From Carcharhinus amblyrhynchos (taxonomy: Eukaryota): 64,000 nt of DNA. The notes below the pieces were generated by a model. The model worked only from the letters and a program-made list of their open reading frames with translations. It was not told the DNA's origin and made no database searches. Below are positions 1-13,029 of this stretch, one piece after another; position 1 is the stretch's first letter; each line of letters begins with the position of its first letter. The translations under genes and the position numbers were made by a program. The stretch is taken from contig OZ336891.1 of NCBI GenBank assembly GCA_965287045.1, forward strand, positions 30,566,001-30,630,000, given 5' to 3'.

Positions 1-922
1 CCTCTACAACCACCTTCTGCCATCAGTTCTGTGTCCAATTGGCCATCTCACCATGGATCCCATGAGAGTTAACCTTACGTGTTGATGTTTTTCTCTTTTA
101 CTCCGCAGGTGTGTCGGTCCACCTTGTTGTCTAACGAGGGGCATGCACACGGTGGGTCGTGCGTGGGCTGCTCTTGGATGGTTCGAGAATAGCCTAGTAC
201 TTCGCGTCGTTTGTGTATGCTTAAAACTGGACCAGCAGATGGGCACCACAACAGCTCAGTGACTAGCACTGCTAGCTGTGCAGATACATGGATTTGGGCC
301 GGTGTCTGTGGGAGTTTGTGTATTCTCCCTGTGGTTGCGTGGGTTTCCTCCAGGTGTTCCGGTTTCCTCCCACATCCCAAAGATGTGCTCTTAGGCTGAT
401 TGGTGTAACAAATTGTCCCTAAATTATTCTCCCCTTAATCTGGTTTCCACTGGGGGTACCATAAGCATAGACATGGGTCAAGGGTGGAGGAGGAAAAACA
501 CATTGTTAAGATGGCAGCGCGGGTTCATTGGGCCGAAGGGCCTGTTTCCCGTGCTGTGTTGTTCTTCGTTCTTTGTTCTTTATGCAGCAACTATCGTGCA
601 GTAACCTGTCAAAAGCCTTGCTAAAGTCCATGTAGACAACGTTGACTGCATTATCCTCATATGTCTTCTTGGTTACCCCTTCAAGAAAATCTATCAAATT
701 CATGAGACATGATTTTCCACTCACAAAGCCATGCTGACTGTCTCTAATTAGTCCCTGCCTCTCTAAATGCCTGTAAATCCCGTTTCTCGGAATACCTCCC
801 AACAACTACCCACTACAGATGTTAGGCTTACTGGCCCATAGTTCCCAGGCTTTTCCCTGCAGCCCTTCTCAAAGCAAAGACACAACATTTGCCACCCTCC
901 AATCTCTTCAGGCACCTCACCA
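1..922 (-). mobile_element. Old CR1 LINE RT fragment, interrupted by an insertion at ~77-580
   Basis: ORF 506-805 reads SQHGFVSGKSCLMNLIDF...VYMDFSKAFD (CR1 RT motifs); bases 1-76 continue the same RT on the other side of the insertion. Confidence 0.85.
77..580 (+). mobile_element. 5'-truncated copy of the long CR1 3' UTR containing a V-SINE body
   Basis: Collinear with the reverse complement of 53043-53510; ends in the CR1 stem-loop GGGCCGAAGGGCCTG and a (GTTCTTT)n tail. Confidence 0.8.
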
Positions 923-1052
923 NNNNNNNNNNNNNNNNNNNNNNNNNNNNNNNNNNNNNNNNNNNNNNNNNNNNNNNNNNNNNNNNNNNNNNNNNNNNNN
1001 NNNNNNNNNNNNNNNNNNNNNNNNNNNNNNNNNNNNNNNNNNNNNNNNNNNN
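923..1052. other. Assembly gap (130 N)
   Basis: Run of N. Confidence 0.99.
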
Positions 1053-1201
1053 TTTCTATCTATGTATAAATGTTCCCATATGCCTAGTCTAAACAAATGA
1101 ACCCTTGAAGTGTTTATGCAATCCCTTATAAGCGATTGATACTTATATCATTATAATAACACAACTATGGTCAATGCTAGGAGTCTAGTCCTGAGGATCT
1201 G

Positions 1202-1371
1202 ACATGCAAAGCCAGGTGCTTGCTCTGTCAGCTTCTCTCTGGCAAAAGAAAATGAAATGTATCCAGCTGTTTTGGAACACAGAGCCTCAGTAAATAATGC
1301 AAACTGGGTGATCTTGCGAATATTATTTGTTTCCGCCAAGAAGAAGCCAGCTGTATTAAAATTCACCACCA
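1202..1371 (-). mobile_element. Decayed PIF/Harbinger (HARBI1-like) transposase fragment, copy A
   Basis: VVNFNTAGFFLAETNNIRKITQF...TEALCSKTAGYISF...EQAPGFA resembles the Harbinger transposase segment LNFFASGSFQ...ISQ...VTDAL...YI.F...GF. Confidence 0.6.
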
Positions 1372-2499
1372 TGGTTACTGGCTGCAAATATTTAAACCTC
1401 AAATGAATGTTCAAAGTCAGTGAATGTGTCTTCAAATGTCATATCAGCACTCACCTGGCACACAGCACAGTGTACAACAGCATCTTCACTGACCAATAAA
1501 CAATTTCTATAAATCACAATTCATAACTGACATTCATAACTTCATCTCATTCTCACACACTGCTACATATCCACAATAGACAGTTTGCACACACAGTCAG
1601 CTGTTCAAACATGACAGCCACCTCATCCAAACATGTATCCCACTCAGTGAAACACTTTCTTCTCACACAACAATGTAACACATTTGATGGCAGCAGAAAT
1701 TAAGTGATTGGGAAAAGCATGGCTTTGTATACTCAACCCAACAGAAGGAGATGGCAGCCTTCATCAATGGAGCAGTCAAAGTTGAGGTAATAGCTGGTGA
1801 TGGGGCTGAAACCATCGTAGATGACAGGACACTCAGATCCTAATCCTCTGCCTCACATCCCACTTTCATATCATTGCCATATCTCCTCCAATTAACAAGC
1901 TGCAAATAGTGCAAGAAAAGTACCTCTTAGTCTCCACCTTTCACATGCTGCCGAGCTACCCTTAAGCCTTTCTCCTTTCGGGTACCAGAGAACTGCCACC
2001 TGGTTCGGCAGTGACAGATGCGCAAGATGATGATGAAACGCCATCGCTCGCTCGCACGCTCAAAGCCATCATTCAGATACTGATACTCTGCTTGATTTAA
2101 AGGATTGCAGGATCTGCATGTGGCAGGAAACAAGGGCAAAATTAATCTGCAGATAGAGCAGGAAACATGTATAGTGCAGATGCCAACTCACCAGAGTGTG
2201 AGGTCAAGTCTGAGCCCAGTTGCAGATGACTCAGATGATTGTTTCGATGGAGCAGGCTATAGAACATGGTTAATGGCTATGTGCAAAAGCATTCTCAGTG
2301 TTGGAAGAAAGCTTACTGTCACTATCAAGGAATGTGGAGGAGTCTGGCTGGAACTTGGCATAGGGCTTTATACAGAGCTTGGAATCCATCCCTTTTAGTG
2401 TGCAAGTGATGACTAACTCCACTTAAATACTTGTGAATCAAACCATGTTGCAGTATCTGATGGCTGTAGAGAGCAGGGTTGATAGATGCCACCAAGTGC

Positions 2500-2700
2500 A
2501 CAAAATACCATGAAGTAGCCTGAAATACATGCAAAGCCAGATGTTTGCTCTGCCAGCTTTTCTCTGGTAAGAGATGAAATGTATCCAGCTGTCTTGGAAT
2601 ACAGAGCTTCAGTAAATGCTACAAACTGGGTGATTTTGTGAATATTACTTGTTTCCACCTGGAAGAAGTCAGCTGTATAAAAGTTCACCACCACAGCCAA
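2500..2700 (-). mobile_element. Decayed PIF/Harbinger transposase fragment, copy B
   Basis: VVNFYTADFFQVETSNIHKITQF...TEALYSKTAGYIS...GFACISGY; direct repeat of copy A. Confidence 0.6.
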
Positions 2701-3867
2701 CTCCGATATCAATGATGTCCCAGCCATGCTCTCTGAGGCTGCAGTGTGGCTGGTAGATTTCAATGAGGATGTCCTTGGTGAAGTAGAGTCATTTGACACA
2801 TTGCCCAGAAATTTACCGTCTCACCCACCACAGGAATTGAAGCGGGTGAGGGATGGATAATGGAAAAGTTCCTTGACCTCGGATGGGATTTTACGGTTTC
2901 AGGATGAGTGAGGATATAAAATCCCGCCCCATTGTTCCTCATAGAGGTTCAAGGCAGAGAATTGTTCTCTGAGCACGCTGGAAGGATATGGCCTTGTGAT
3001 CTCCCCTCTCTTCCCACAGCATGTCCTGTTCTATGTCATATATGCTCATTCTCCCTGCCATTTGTCGCACAAACTAGTGCATGTCTGAGAGAAAAGAATG
3101 CTGGAGAAAGTACTTGAGCACTTGCCTCAACACTCCCTACAGTCCTTAGCAACTTTAAACAAACTTTAGAAACTGTCAAGGACTTCTACAATTACAATGA
3201 CAGCCTGTAGAAAGCAATCAGTAACCAATCTGAAAATAGTTGATGACCCTGTTACGTAGTGGAAGTGGTGTCCTTCCTCTTGCTGAACTGTGCAAGGTTA
3301 AGAGATGCCTCGAAAGTTGAGCTCCAAAATGGCAGCTTTGACATTTCATCAACATTACATGATTATTGAAGTCATGCTCGTCTATTCTGCATACTTCCAG
3401 TAGATGCTCCCTGCAAACAAGCTCAGGACCTTATCAAGGTGATACTTAGCATGTTTGCACCAAATGTCTGCATGTGTGCATCGCCAAAATTTTAGGGATA
3501 AAATGGCATTTGTAACATGGAAAAACCAGGCTCAAAGTCGCAAAATTTCATAACTGTTGGGAGGATTTTCAGGGTCTGTTCGCCATGGGTGAAAATCCCA
3601 TTGTAATGACTCAGGAAGCCTGACTGGAAATGAATATAGTTTATTACAGAATGCAAACTAAAACCACAACCATGCTGTACACACACTATTCCCCACCTGG
3701 CTTTACAGTTTAGCAGGCCCAGTCCTGGTCCTCCCTTACAAAAGGTTAAAGTGATGAACTCCAGCAAAGTAGGCATTGTCTACTACCAGAGGAACTCATA
3801 CTCACAGCCACAGGGAAATCAATCAGTGATTCCCCATGGATCTCATGAGGGTTATCAAACATGCCCC

Positions 3868-4527
3868 TGCCTACATCAATGGGGACAAAGTAGAAAGGGT
3901 TGAGAGTTTCAAGTTTTTAGTATCCAGATCACCAACAACCTGAACTGGTCTCCCCATGCCAACACTGAGAAAGCCCATCAACACCTCTATTTTCTCAGAA
4001 GACTAAGGAAATTTGATATGTCAGCTTCGACTTTCAACAACTTTTACAAATGCACCATAGAAAGCATTCTTTCTGGTTGTATCACAGTTTGGTATGGCTC
4101 CTGCTCTGCCCAAGACCGCAAGGATCTATAAACGTCATGAATGTAGCCCAATCCATCACGCAAACCAGCATCTCATCCATTGACTTAATCTACACTACCT
4201 GCTGCCTCGGCAAAGTAGCCAGCAAAATTAAGGACACCACGCACCCTGGACATTCTCTCTTCCATCTTCTTCCTTCTGGAAAAAGATACAAAAGTCTGAG
4301 GTCATGTACCAACTAACTCTAGAACAGCTGCTTCCCTGCTGCTGTCAGACTTCTGACCTTGCATTAAGTTGATCTTTCTCTAAACCCTAGCTATGACTGT
4401 AACACTACATTCTGCACTCTGTTTTCCTTCTCTATGGACAGTATGTTTTGTCTGCATAGCATGCAAGAAACAATCCTTTTCACAGTATGTTAATACATGT
4501 GACAATAATAAATCAAATCAAATCAAA
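3868..4527 (+). mobile_element. Rex1/Babar-like LINE 3' part
   Basis: INGDKVERVESFKFL...HQHLYFLRRLRKF...IKDTTHPGHSLFHLLPSGKRYKSL; (CAAAT)n tail. Confidence 0.8.
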
Positions 4528-4845
4528 CCTGTGATGACCAGAAACTCTCATGAGAGAGCAACTGTTCGATTTGCAGTGGGGAGATCTCATTTTGAGCAAG
4601 GACATGAACCTCATTGCCATGAAATTGAGTAGACTTACATATAATTAAAAAGCTTCCAATGTTGCTTCCAGACCATTGAATGCTCTCCCACCAGCGAGAA
4701 TCACTACTCGTCTTCAGGAGTCAAGATCACCACATTGGGGGTATGGAAGCCAGTGTATCTCCACAATGGTCACTGATATAGCTCTAGCATCCTGGGGGTA
4801 GGGCCAAGTCTTCTAGGAAACTCCATTGGAGAGGAACTCTTTGTT

Positions 4846-5162
4846 TTTAATTCAGTCATGGGACCTGGGCCTCTCTGGCTGGCTGGCATTTATTGCCCAT
4901 CCCTAGTTTCCTGTGACAGTTGAGAGTCTCTGGAGTCACATGTAGGCCAGGCCATGTAAGGATGGCAGGTTTCCTTCCCTAAAAGACATTTGTGGACCAG
5001 ATAGATTTTTCTGATGATCAACAATGGTTTCATGATCAGGAGTAGGTTCTTACTTCCAGATATTTTTTATTGAATTCAGGATTCAAACCCCGATCCCCAG
5101 AACATACAATGAGTTTCTGGATTAATGGTCTAGTAGTAATACCACTAGGCCATCATCTCCCC
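4846..5162 (-). mobile_element. tRNA-headed SINE with GGGATGGGCAATAAATGC-type tail
   Basis: Head GGGAGATGATGGCCTAGTGGTA (A-box-like) on the minus strand; homologous copies at 27283-27660 and 42530-42830. Confidence 0.7.
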
Positions 5163-6876
5163 ATAATGTGGGGTTGAGGGCACAATGCCCCAATTCTTGA
5201 GGTGGGGGGATGTGGAGGGGAGAACTGATACCAGCGAAGATAGTTGGGGAGGGGTGGCCCGATGCACCAAGGACCCAATGCCTGTGAGGATGGAAGGGAG
5301 GAGGCCAGGTCACCCTGATGCCTATGTTATGTGGGGGGGGGAGCGAGGGAATATTTGTTGACCCAAATATTTAGTAGTGGGGGGGTTGGGGGGTGCTGTT
5401 GGTGGTCACTCTTCTGTAGTCAAAGTTGGGGATGTTTCCTGCCAGAGTGATGGGGCAAAACACGTGCTTTTTTTTGACAAAATATCAGAAGATCCAGAGA
5501 AAAAACCTGGATGTGTTTCTGAAGAGGAACACGCTGGTTTTCAGTTCGAACATGGCACTTGGCCATTTGGTTTGGAAAATTCGGCCCTATGTCTGCTCTT
5601 ATTTTACTTCTCTTTAGTCACATATGTTCCTTCAAATTTCAGCAATATGCAGTTTTCTGCTTGTGCCACTACTGGACTCCATGCAAACATCTGGAACTTA
5701 AAGTAATTGTGTTAACAAAAAAACCCTGAGCATGCCAGCAACATACCTAACATATACCTACACGCTAAAATGAGATCCAATGAGCTTTCAAAGTCATTAA
5801 TTATGTACGATACTCCCTAATGTTGGAAAATAGCTTTTCTTTCACTGACTAAGACCAGATGGTAACCACTCAGAGAGGAAGTGATGTCCCAATGTATCAA
5901 TAGCAAGAAGCCACAAAATAATAGCACGGGTGATGTGCAGATCATTAAGCTGGAGACTGTGTAAAGCTATGACTGCCGTAGATAAATTACTTCCATCCGA
6001 ATGCCACACACATGAAAAATGAGACACATCACTGAACATCATCTACTTCATATACAAGGCTTAGATGGTAGTGCCACAAATTGAATCTGTCTACTGGTGG
6101 GACAGAAGTATGGAGACCACACACTACTTGAATACCAGTGGTATTCATCTGGGAAAAACCATTCAGACAGGAAACTTAGCCAGTAAACAAAATTGGATAA
6201 AACTCAATTAAATCAATCTGTCGTTTTCTTTTTGTTGTTTTAAACCTTATAGTGCAGGGCCTACAGTGGTGTAGTAATCACATGGTTCGGTTACAATTCC
6301 AATAATGATTAGATTAACCGACAGACTTTTTCTGAAAAAGATTTTTTCCCCCGTTGTTTCCCAGATATTGGTGTCTGGTTTTAATTGCTATAAATATACA
6401 GGGCATAACTTTGCCCATTGAGGCGGGGGGGGGGCGGTGGGGGGGGCAGGGAATTTCAAACACAAACTATGGATTAATCCAGAGTGTATGCTGCTTTGCA
6501 ATTAGGTGGGTTGTGTTACACGTTGGCGATTTGTGTTAATGTAACCCAACCTCAGGTTCAGATGGAGTGCAGGACACAGTTGTAGAACTGAAGTGGTTTA
6601 TTACAGAGGCAGCACACAGTTGAGTAGGCAAATTCACTTTTCTTTTGCTGACACAACATCATATTTACTCTGTTAGCAGTCAGCCCAGTTTAGGAGGCAA
6701 CAGATGGCTTAACAGAATATTGACACACATTCTTGGAGTAGGCAAAGAGTTCTTGTATAACTAACCGGAGACAGGAAAGGAAAAAAGCCAATCTGTTACC
6801 TTGTTCAGTGTGTTTTTGTGTGAAGGTCTTCTCCATATTTTGCAAATATAGAGACAGAATAGTGGGCTTACTTTTA

Positions 6877-7165
6877 GGACAGCATGGTGGCACAGTGGTT
6901 AGCACTGCTGCCTCACAGTGCCAGGGACCCGGGTTTGATTCCTGGCTTGGAGTCTGCATATCCTCCCTGTCTGTGTGGGTTACCTTGGGTGCTCCGGTTT
7001 CCTCCCACAATCCAAAAGACATGCTGGTTAGGTGCATTGGCAATGCTAAATTCTCCCTTAATGTATCCAAACAGACACTGGAGTGTGGCAAGTAGGGAAT
7101 TTCCAACAATAGCTTCATTACAGTGTTAATGTAAGCCTACTTGTGACACCAGTAAGTAAACTTTA
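6877..7165 (+). mobile_element. HE1-like V-SINE, tail type B
   Basis: tRNA head TGGCACAGTGGTTAGC...GGTTTGATTCC, V-domain GGGTGCTCCGGTTTCCTCCCAC, tail CAGTGTTAATGTAAGCCTACTTGTGAC. Confidence 0.88.
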
Positions 7166-8246
7166 ACGGAAGAACAGCTCCTTAGGCCTTCGTTACCATC
7201 GCAAGTTATTTAACACTCGCTATTGTATATTACGCAACAATGCTCACTGAAAAAGTGAAGTTGTCGGAAGCACAGTGTGTTAGGAATATGAATTTTACTT
7301 TGAAGTGCTGGGTTTGGTCTTATTCAAAACTGGTAGATTGGAGGATACTGAGCAAAGTCACATCTCACCATCATTTATCCATAATAAACTAAACAGGACT
7401 TCTTGCACATCCAACAGTTCAGTCTTTGCCAAACTTCATGGGGGTCCAAGTTCTCCACCATATCATCTTGAAGGTCTTTGTTCTCATTTCAGATTCCTTG
7501 ATGGCCTCACTCTACAGTCTCCAGTTTTATTTCAGCTCACACCTTCCATTTGGCTGATGTTAGGATTATTATACATTCCCTCTGCTCCATTGCCAGAGGC
7601 TAGACATTTAGTCATTAACTTCCCTGCTGTTTGAAACTTGTCCAAAAATACTCCTCCTTAATAATTGCCTTGTCGGTGCAAAGCTCCTGTAAAAATCCAT
7701 TCCCTTGTCACACCCTTATTGTCCTGTCTCCTCAATGTCTTCCTCTTTCCCTCTTGCAAAATGTTATAATGTATTTTTTACATCATTTAATTATTAAATG
7801 TGAATTAACAGCACTGTCCTATTGGCAACAAGAATAGTTGATGCCTAAAGTTGAAAAGTGGTCTAGAGCAATAAGAAGTGCCCTTCTGAAATTGTGTTGA
7901 TGGAGGTTGTTGTGAATAGGTGAAGAGTGGTCACCTTTCATTTAACCCTGTTTTAACTCATCGAAGAGTGTTCAATATAAGTACACGTGGTAGATGAAAA
8001 AAGGAACAGTGAACCAGCTGCCATGTCCTTTTATATTTCCAAATATTTTACCTTGCTTCAGTTCAACTGGTGTTCCACTCACCCTAAGAAGGGGCCATGG
8101 CTTCTGCACAGGTTCCCTTCGCTGATGTCGCTAAGGTTTCATGAGGATTGCTCAGAAAAAAATAGGAAGGCAAGTTAAGTGGCTATTTTTTTGTCTAACT
8201 GTGGTGGGAAATAGAGGTTCCAATTCTGAGGTTTGGGCATATTGGT

Positions 8247-8556
8247 TAGCACGGGTGGCACAGTGGTTAGCACTGCTGCCTCACAGTCCCGGGGACCTGG
8301 GTTCAATTCCAGCCTTGGGTCACTGCCTGCTCATTCTCCCCATGTCCATATGGGTTTCCTCCTGGTGCTCCAGTTTCCTCCCACAGTCCGAAGATGTGCA
8401 GTTTAGGTGGATTGGCCACACTAAATTCCTCCTTAGCATCAGGGGGATTATCAGGATAAATATGTGGGGTTACGGGAATAGGACTTGGGTGGGACTGTGG
8501 TCAATGGAGACTCAATGGGCCGAATAGCCTCCTTCTGCACTGTAGGGAATCTATGA
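8247..8556 (+). mobile_element. HE1-like V-SINE, CR1-type tail (type A)
   Basis: A/B boxes, V-domain, tail TGGGCCGAATAGCCTCCTTCTGCACTGTAGG. Confidence 0.88.
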
Positions 8557-10189
8557 AAGTCCTTTCACATCTCTGAACCAGAATGAAACCTGCCCATAAA
8601 CTATGAAGTGAAAGCTGTTCTTGGCTGCCAAGTTTCCAGATGAAATATCTGAATATCATAATGCAGCTATCATTGAGCATGGGTTCATAGTACAAAGCTA
8701 GTCTAAGTTTGACACTTGTAACTTTTACAAAGGCATTTCAAGGCTAGCAATTGAGGGAATCAGCAATTGTAATATTGGTATGAAAAAATAATGCAATTCT
8801 ACCTTTGTTATTTTGATGCATTATTGCTCTGCGGTGAGTAATTTTTCAGGTATATGCTGTTGCCTGGCAACCTCACCTTCTGGCACCCCCTTTCCAGACA
8901 TCAAAATTGTGGATAATTTGAAAAGCTTATTGGTGATGCTAAATGCTTGAAGTGGGAGAGTGTTCAGTTCCTCGGTGCTAACACTGTTCATCTTGACGAC
9001 AAAATCCCTTCCTTTAAAAAACGTTGCCAGAGGCAGGCAGAATAATTGATAGAAAACTGATAGATCAGTTCCCCATCTTAGATGCATCTTTTTCTAACAG
9101 AAAGACACACACCCTCAGAAAATTCCAAGTGTCAGCTCATGAGATCAGAGAAAATGAAAGGGGGGAAATAGTAAAAGGTTATCTTAAAGTTACCATATTG
9201 AAAGAAAGTAGAAACATACTGATTAATTAATATGGGGAATGGGTTTCCATTAAAGCCATTCTGAGGTTTTCGATGTTTATTTGATTGAAGTTGTAAAAAT
9301 ATTGGTGAAATAAGGAAGCATTCTAAACTCTACAATCTTAGCCACATTGCAATGGAAGGAGCCAACTTGAGTCTGAGCATTGTCCCACTACGTCGGAAGA
9401 AGACCAAGGAATCTGAAGTTGTCTTGGAGACATTTGCACCCAGCTCAAAATGAAATGAATGGAAATTTGTAAATTCACCCACCCACTTAGTTGCTGTCAT
9501 GCGGTCAAGGAAAGTAAAATATCACCCCTCATTACCCACTTCCTGTGGAGAATATAGAGCTGGAGCTCTTGATACTTATAAGGCACATGCATAATGCACT
9601 TGGCTTTCTTGGAAATGACGAGCCAGCAGCAGACTGAAGGAATAAAACTCTATGCAATAAATGATGCACATGTGTAAAAAGATTTTGTTCTGTAAAACAA
9701 AACCACATTGGTGCTGGAGCGAGCAGATTCTCCATTAAACTTCATCATTAGCAATACATGTTTTGGCATGATATACACTAATTTGCAGCATGTTTCAGAT
9801 GGACATATTGGCTCAGTCACACACAAAATCTGGAACTCTGATCTGTCATTTGGAAAAATTACAGGAGACATTCCAAACCACATGTGCCTTTTTTTGGCCA
9901 TTTCAGAGATGATTAGTCAGGGTCAGATTTAGGGAGTTTTCTATCCATAACTGGAACAATGGCTGAATATTAACTCTCAAAAGTGGATGGGTTGGGGTAA
10001 TGCCACACGAAAAAGAAACCAAGCCACTCTTAAACTGATCAGTTCAAATGGGAATGAGTGGCAGCCGGCCAAACTGTTCACAGGATTAGTAAATTAAACA
10101 TTATAATAAATTCTGTATCTTCATTTTAGCATACTAATTTTTACCCTACTCAATTGGGTTTCAAAACCCTTTAGCAATTTAACAGCTTA

Positions 10190-10500
10190 AAGTGAGTTTA
10201 TTAGTGTCACAAATAGGCTTATATTAATACTGCAATGAAGTTACTGTGAAAATTGCCTAGTTATCACACTCTGGCGCCTGTTCTGATACACTGAGGGAAA
10301 ATTTAGCATGGCCAATGCACCTAACCAGCACGTCTTTCAGACTATGGGAGGAAACCAGACTGTGGGAGCACCCGGAAAATACCCATGCAGACAGGGGGAG
10401 AGCGTGCAAACTCTGGATAGACAGTGACCCACACTGGGAATTGAACTCAGGTCCCTGGCGCTGTGAGACAATAGTACTAACTACTGTGCCACGGTGCCAC
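10190..10500 (-). mobile_element. HE1-like V-SINE, tail type B
   Basis: Reverse complement of the 6877 type; lies head-to-head with the 10614 copy. Confidence 0.88.
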
Positions 10501-10613
10501 CTAAAATAGGCGAAATTCATAAGGCCTTTACAGCACTGGTTGTGGGCCAGGAGGAGGTGTGGTTCCTCCAACAAACTACTCACCTGCAATCTGATTCCCC
10601 CACAATAACCATT

Positions 10614-10958
10614 GGGCAGCACAGTAGCACAGTGGTTAGCACTGCTGCTTCACAGTTCCAGGAACCTGGGTTTGATTGCTGGCTTGGGTCGCTGTTTGTG
10701 TGGAGTTTGCTCATTTTCCTTGTGTCTGCATGGGTTTTCTTCAGGTGCTCTGGTTTCTTCCCACAGTCCAAAGATGTGCGGGTTAGGTTGATTGGCCGTG
10801 CTAAAAATTGCCCCTTAGTGTTGTGAGATGTGTAGGTTAGAGGGATTAGTGGGTAAATATCTAGGGATATGGGGGTAGGGCCTGGTGGGGTTGTGGTAGG
10901 TGCACACTTGATGGGCTGAATGGCCTCCTTCTGCACAGTAGAGTTTCTATGATTTCTA
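10614..10958 (+). mobile_element. HE1-like V-SINE, type A
   Basis: Full head, V-domain, TTCTATGATTTCTA tail. Confidence 0.88.
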
Positions 10959-11360
10959 TAACCATCATTGGCTCCAGTCACTGACTGACTGCCACCTCCC
11001 ATCATGACCTTCACGCTCCCCTCTCAATCTTCGACTTCAGACTCGAAACATTGGCTTTTTTCTCTCTCCACAGATGCTCTCAGACTAGCTGAGTTTCTCC
11101 AGCAATTTCTATGATTCTCTCCTCGTGTAACTGTATATGTAAAGCTTAATGATCAAGAATAAGAGTCTTGAATAATCCCTCATCTATCCAGGGATAATTA
11201 AAGTTAATTCTGGAGTTTCTACTGTTAAAAATGAGATAAACAAACACAAACTAGGAATCAAATCTCCATCCTTCCTACTCTTTTGAGAAACTTCCCAGGC
11301 TATTGGGCAATCTCTGCTTAAATGTATATTTAATGGCCCCACTTGGTCCTGGTCACATTT

Positions 11361-11607
11361 CATAGAATCACAGAAACCCTACAGTGCAGAAAGAGGCCAT
11401 TTGGCCCATCGAGTCTGCACCGGCCACAATCCCACGCAGGACCTATCCACATATCCGTACATATTTACCCGCTAATCCCTCAAATCTATGCATCTCAGAA
11501 TACTAAGGAGTAATTTTAGCATGGCCAGTCGACCTAATGCACACATCTTTGGACTGTGGGAGGAAACTGGAATACTTGAAGGAAACCCATGCAGACACAA
11601 GGAGAAT
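11361..11607 (-). mobile_element. 5'-truncated HE1-like SINE, type A
   Basis: Tail and partial V-domain only. Confidence 0.8.
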
Positions 11608-13029
11608 AATCAATGTTACGTTATATGCCAATAATCATTATTACAATAAAGGGATGTTTTTGCTGCAAATTAGGCAGAGACAGACCAATTTATTTGCTCC
11701 CACACCACTAAGTGAGATGCTTCACCATAACTAGGGACATCACTTAGCAACATAGCTGAATATTGACAATCTTATCGCAATTGGACCTGATAAATTTTGC
11801 TGTCTGACAGAAATGAGAGTCATGCGCCTCACCAGAGTCAGGAAGTAAGTCATCATGTGCTGTGACCCATACAGTTAAAAGTTCATGGTTATTCTTGGTA
11901 CACATTATACCAAATGCAGGGAGAGAGAGGAAACAGAGAATCAGAGAAATTTCAGCACAGAATTTAACTGTTCAGCTTTGAATTGTGACATTCTAAATTA
12001 ATTCCATTTCCCATACCAAGTTAAATTTTGACCTTCAATTATTTATTTCACTCCCTTTTAACTACATGATTATGAAATCCTATGAGCCTCTGAAACCAAT
12101 ACCAAGCTCCCAGCAGACAGCTACCTTCAAAGGGAGTGAGTACAAGTCAGATATGTCCATAATGCCAACGATCTAATCAAAATTATCCCAAGAGTGTGGC
12201 TGTCTGCGAGTGGAATGTGACCGTGAACTTAGCCGTGCATGATCTATGTAATTGCTCAGAGTTCATGCAAACCATTTAAACTCTTCAGACGCTAATTAGC
12301 TTAGATTTGATATACTTCTCAAATATCTAGCTGTTACCAATAATGCATTTTTTATGTTTTAATGAGTCTTATGTCTTTATAAAAGAGCTTAATAAGATTA
12401 AGATATAGCTTGGCAGGAAATACTGTGGCACATAGTTCCTAAGATGTCTTCATAACAGAAATACCTTTAAGTGAATCTTTCTGCACACAGGAATTAACTA
12501 AGTCTACATTATCTTCTCTTTCATTAGAATAGTCATTCACATGCTGTTTTTAAAGAAGAAGCCAGTCAGTTTTACAACATATTGGTTCTGATAGTTAATT
12601 CACTACAACTGCATCTTCCACCCAGGTTAATTGTACATTGTTTTGAAACTAGATTATTGAATGGTTTGATAATGTGACTGCTCCCAACATTTTATTTATA
12701 TTGTAGACACAACTGAGTGCAAGGAACATTTACATTAGGCGAGCACAGATGCATTATCACTTAAGCTCAAAGTAAAGAAAATTGGTTAGATTGTTTAATA
12801 TGCCTTTTTGTTGCCTTTCATCAAGATTCGATTTCATTATAATTTAAAAACATCAATCAATCGATCATTTGTTAAGCTTTTTTGTATCTTAGCCAGCAAC
12901 AACAAGCATTGTCGGGTGCCGAAGGAATATTAACAACTTCTCCCGGTGTATTGATGGAGTTGACCAGATAACAGGAAAGATCCTGAGTAACATAATACTC
13001 AATTAAATCAATCAGGGTATTAAGAGACC

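Noticed and set aside
819-1100. ORFs spanning the N run
   Set aside because: Artefacts of the assembly gap.
6877-6950. tRNA-like sequences with A/B boxes (many copies)
   Set aside because: They are SINE heads followed by the V-domain; no acceptor stem or complete cloverleaf.
6690-7129. Recurring ORFs such as VAQWLALLPHSARD and PWRCEAAVLTT
   Set aside because: Translations of HE1-type SINEs, not proteins.
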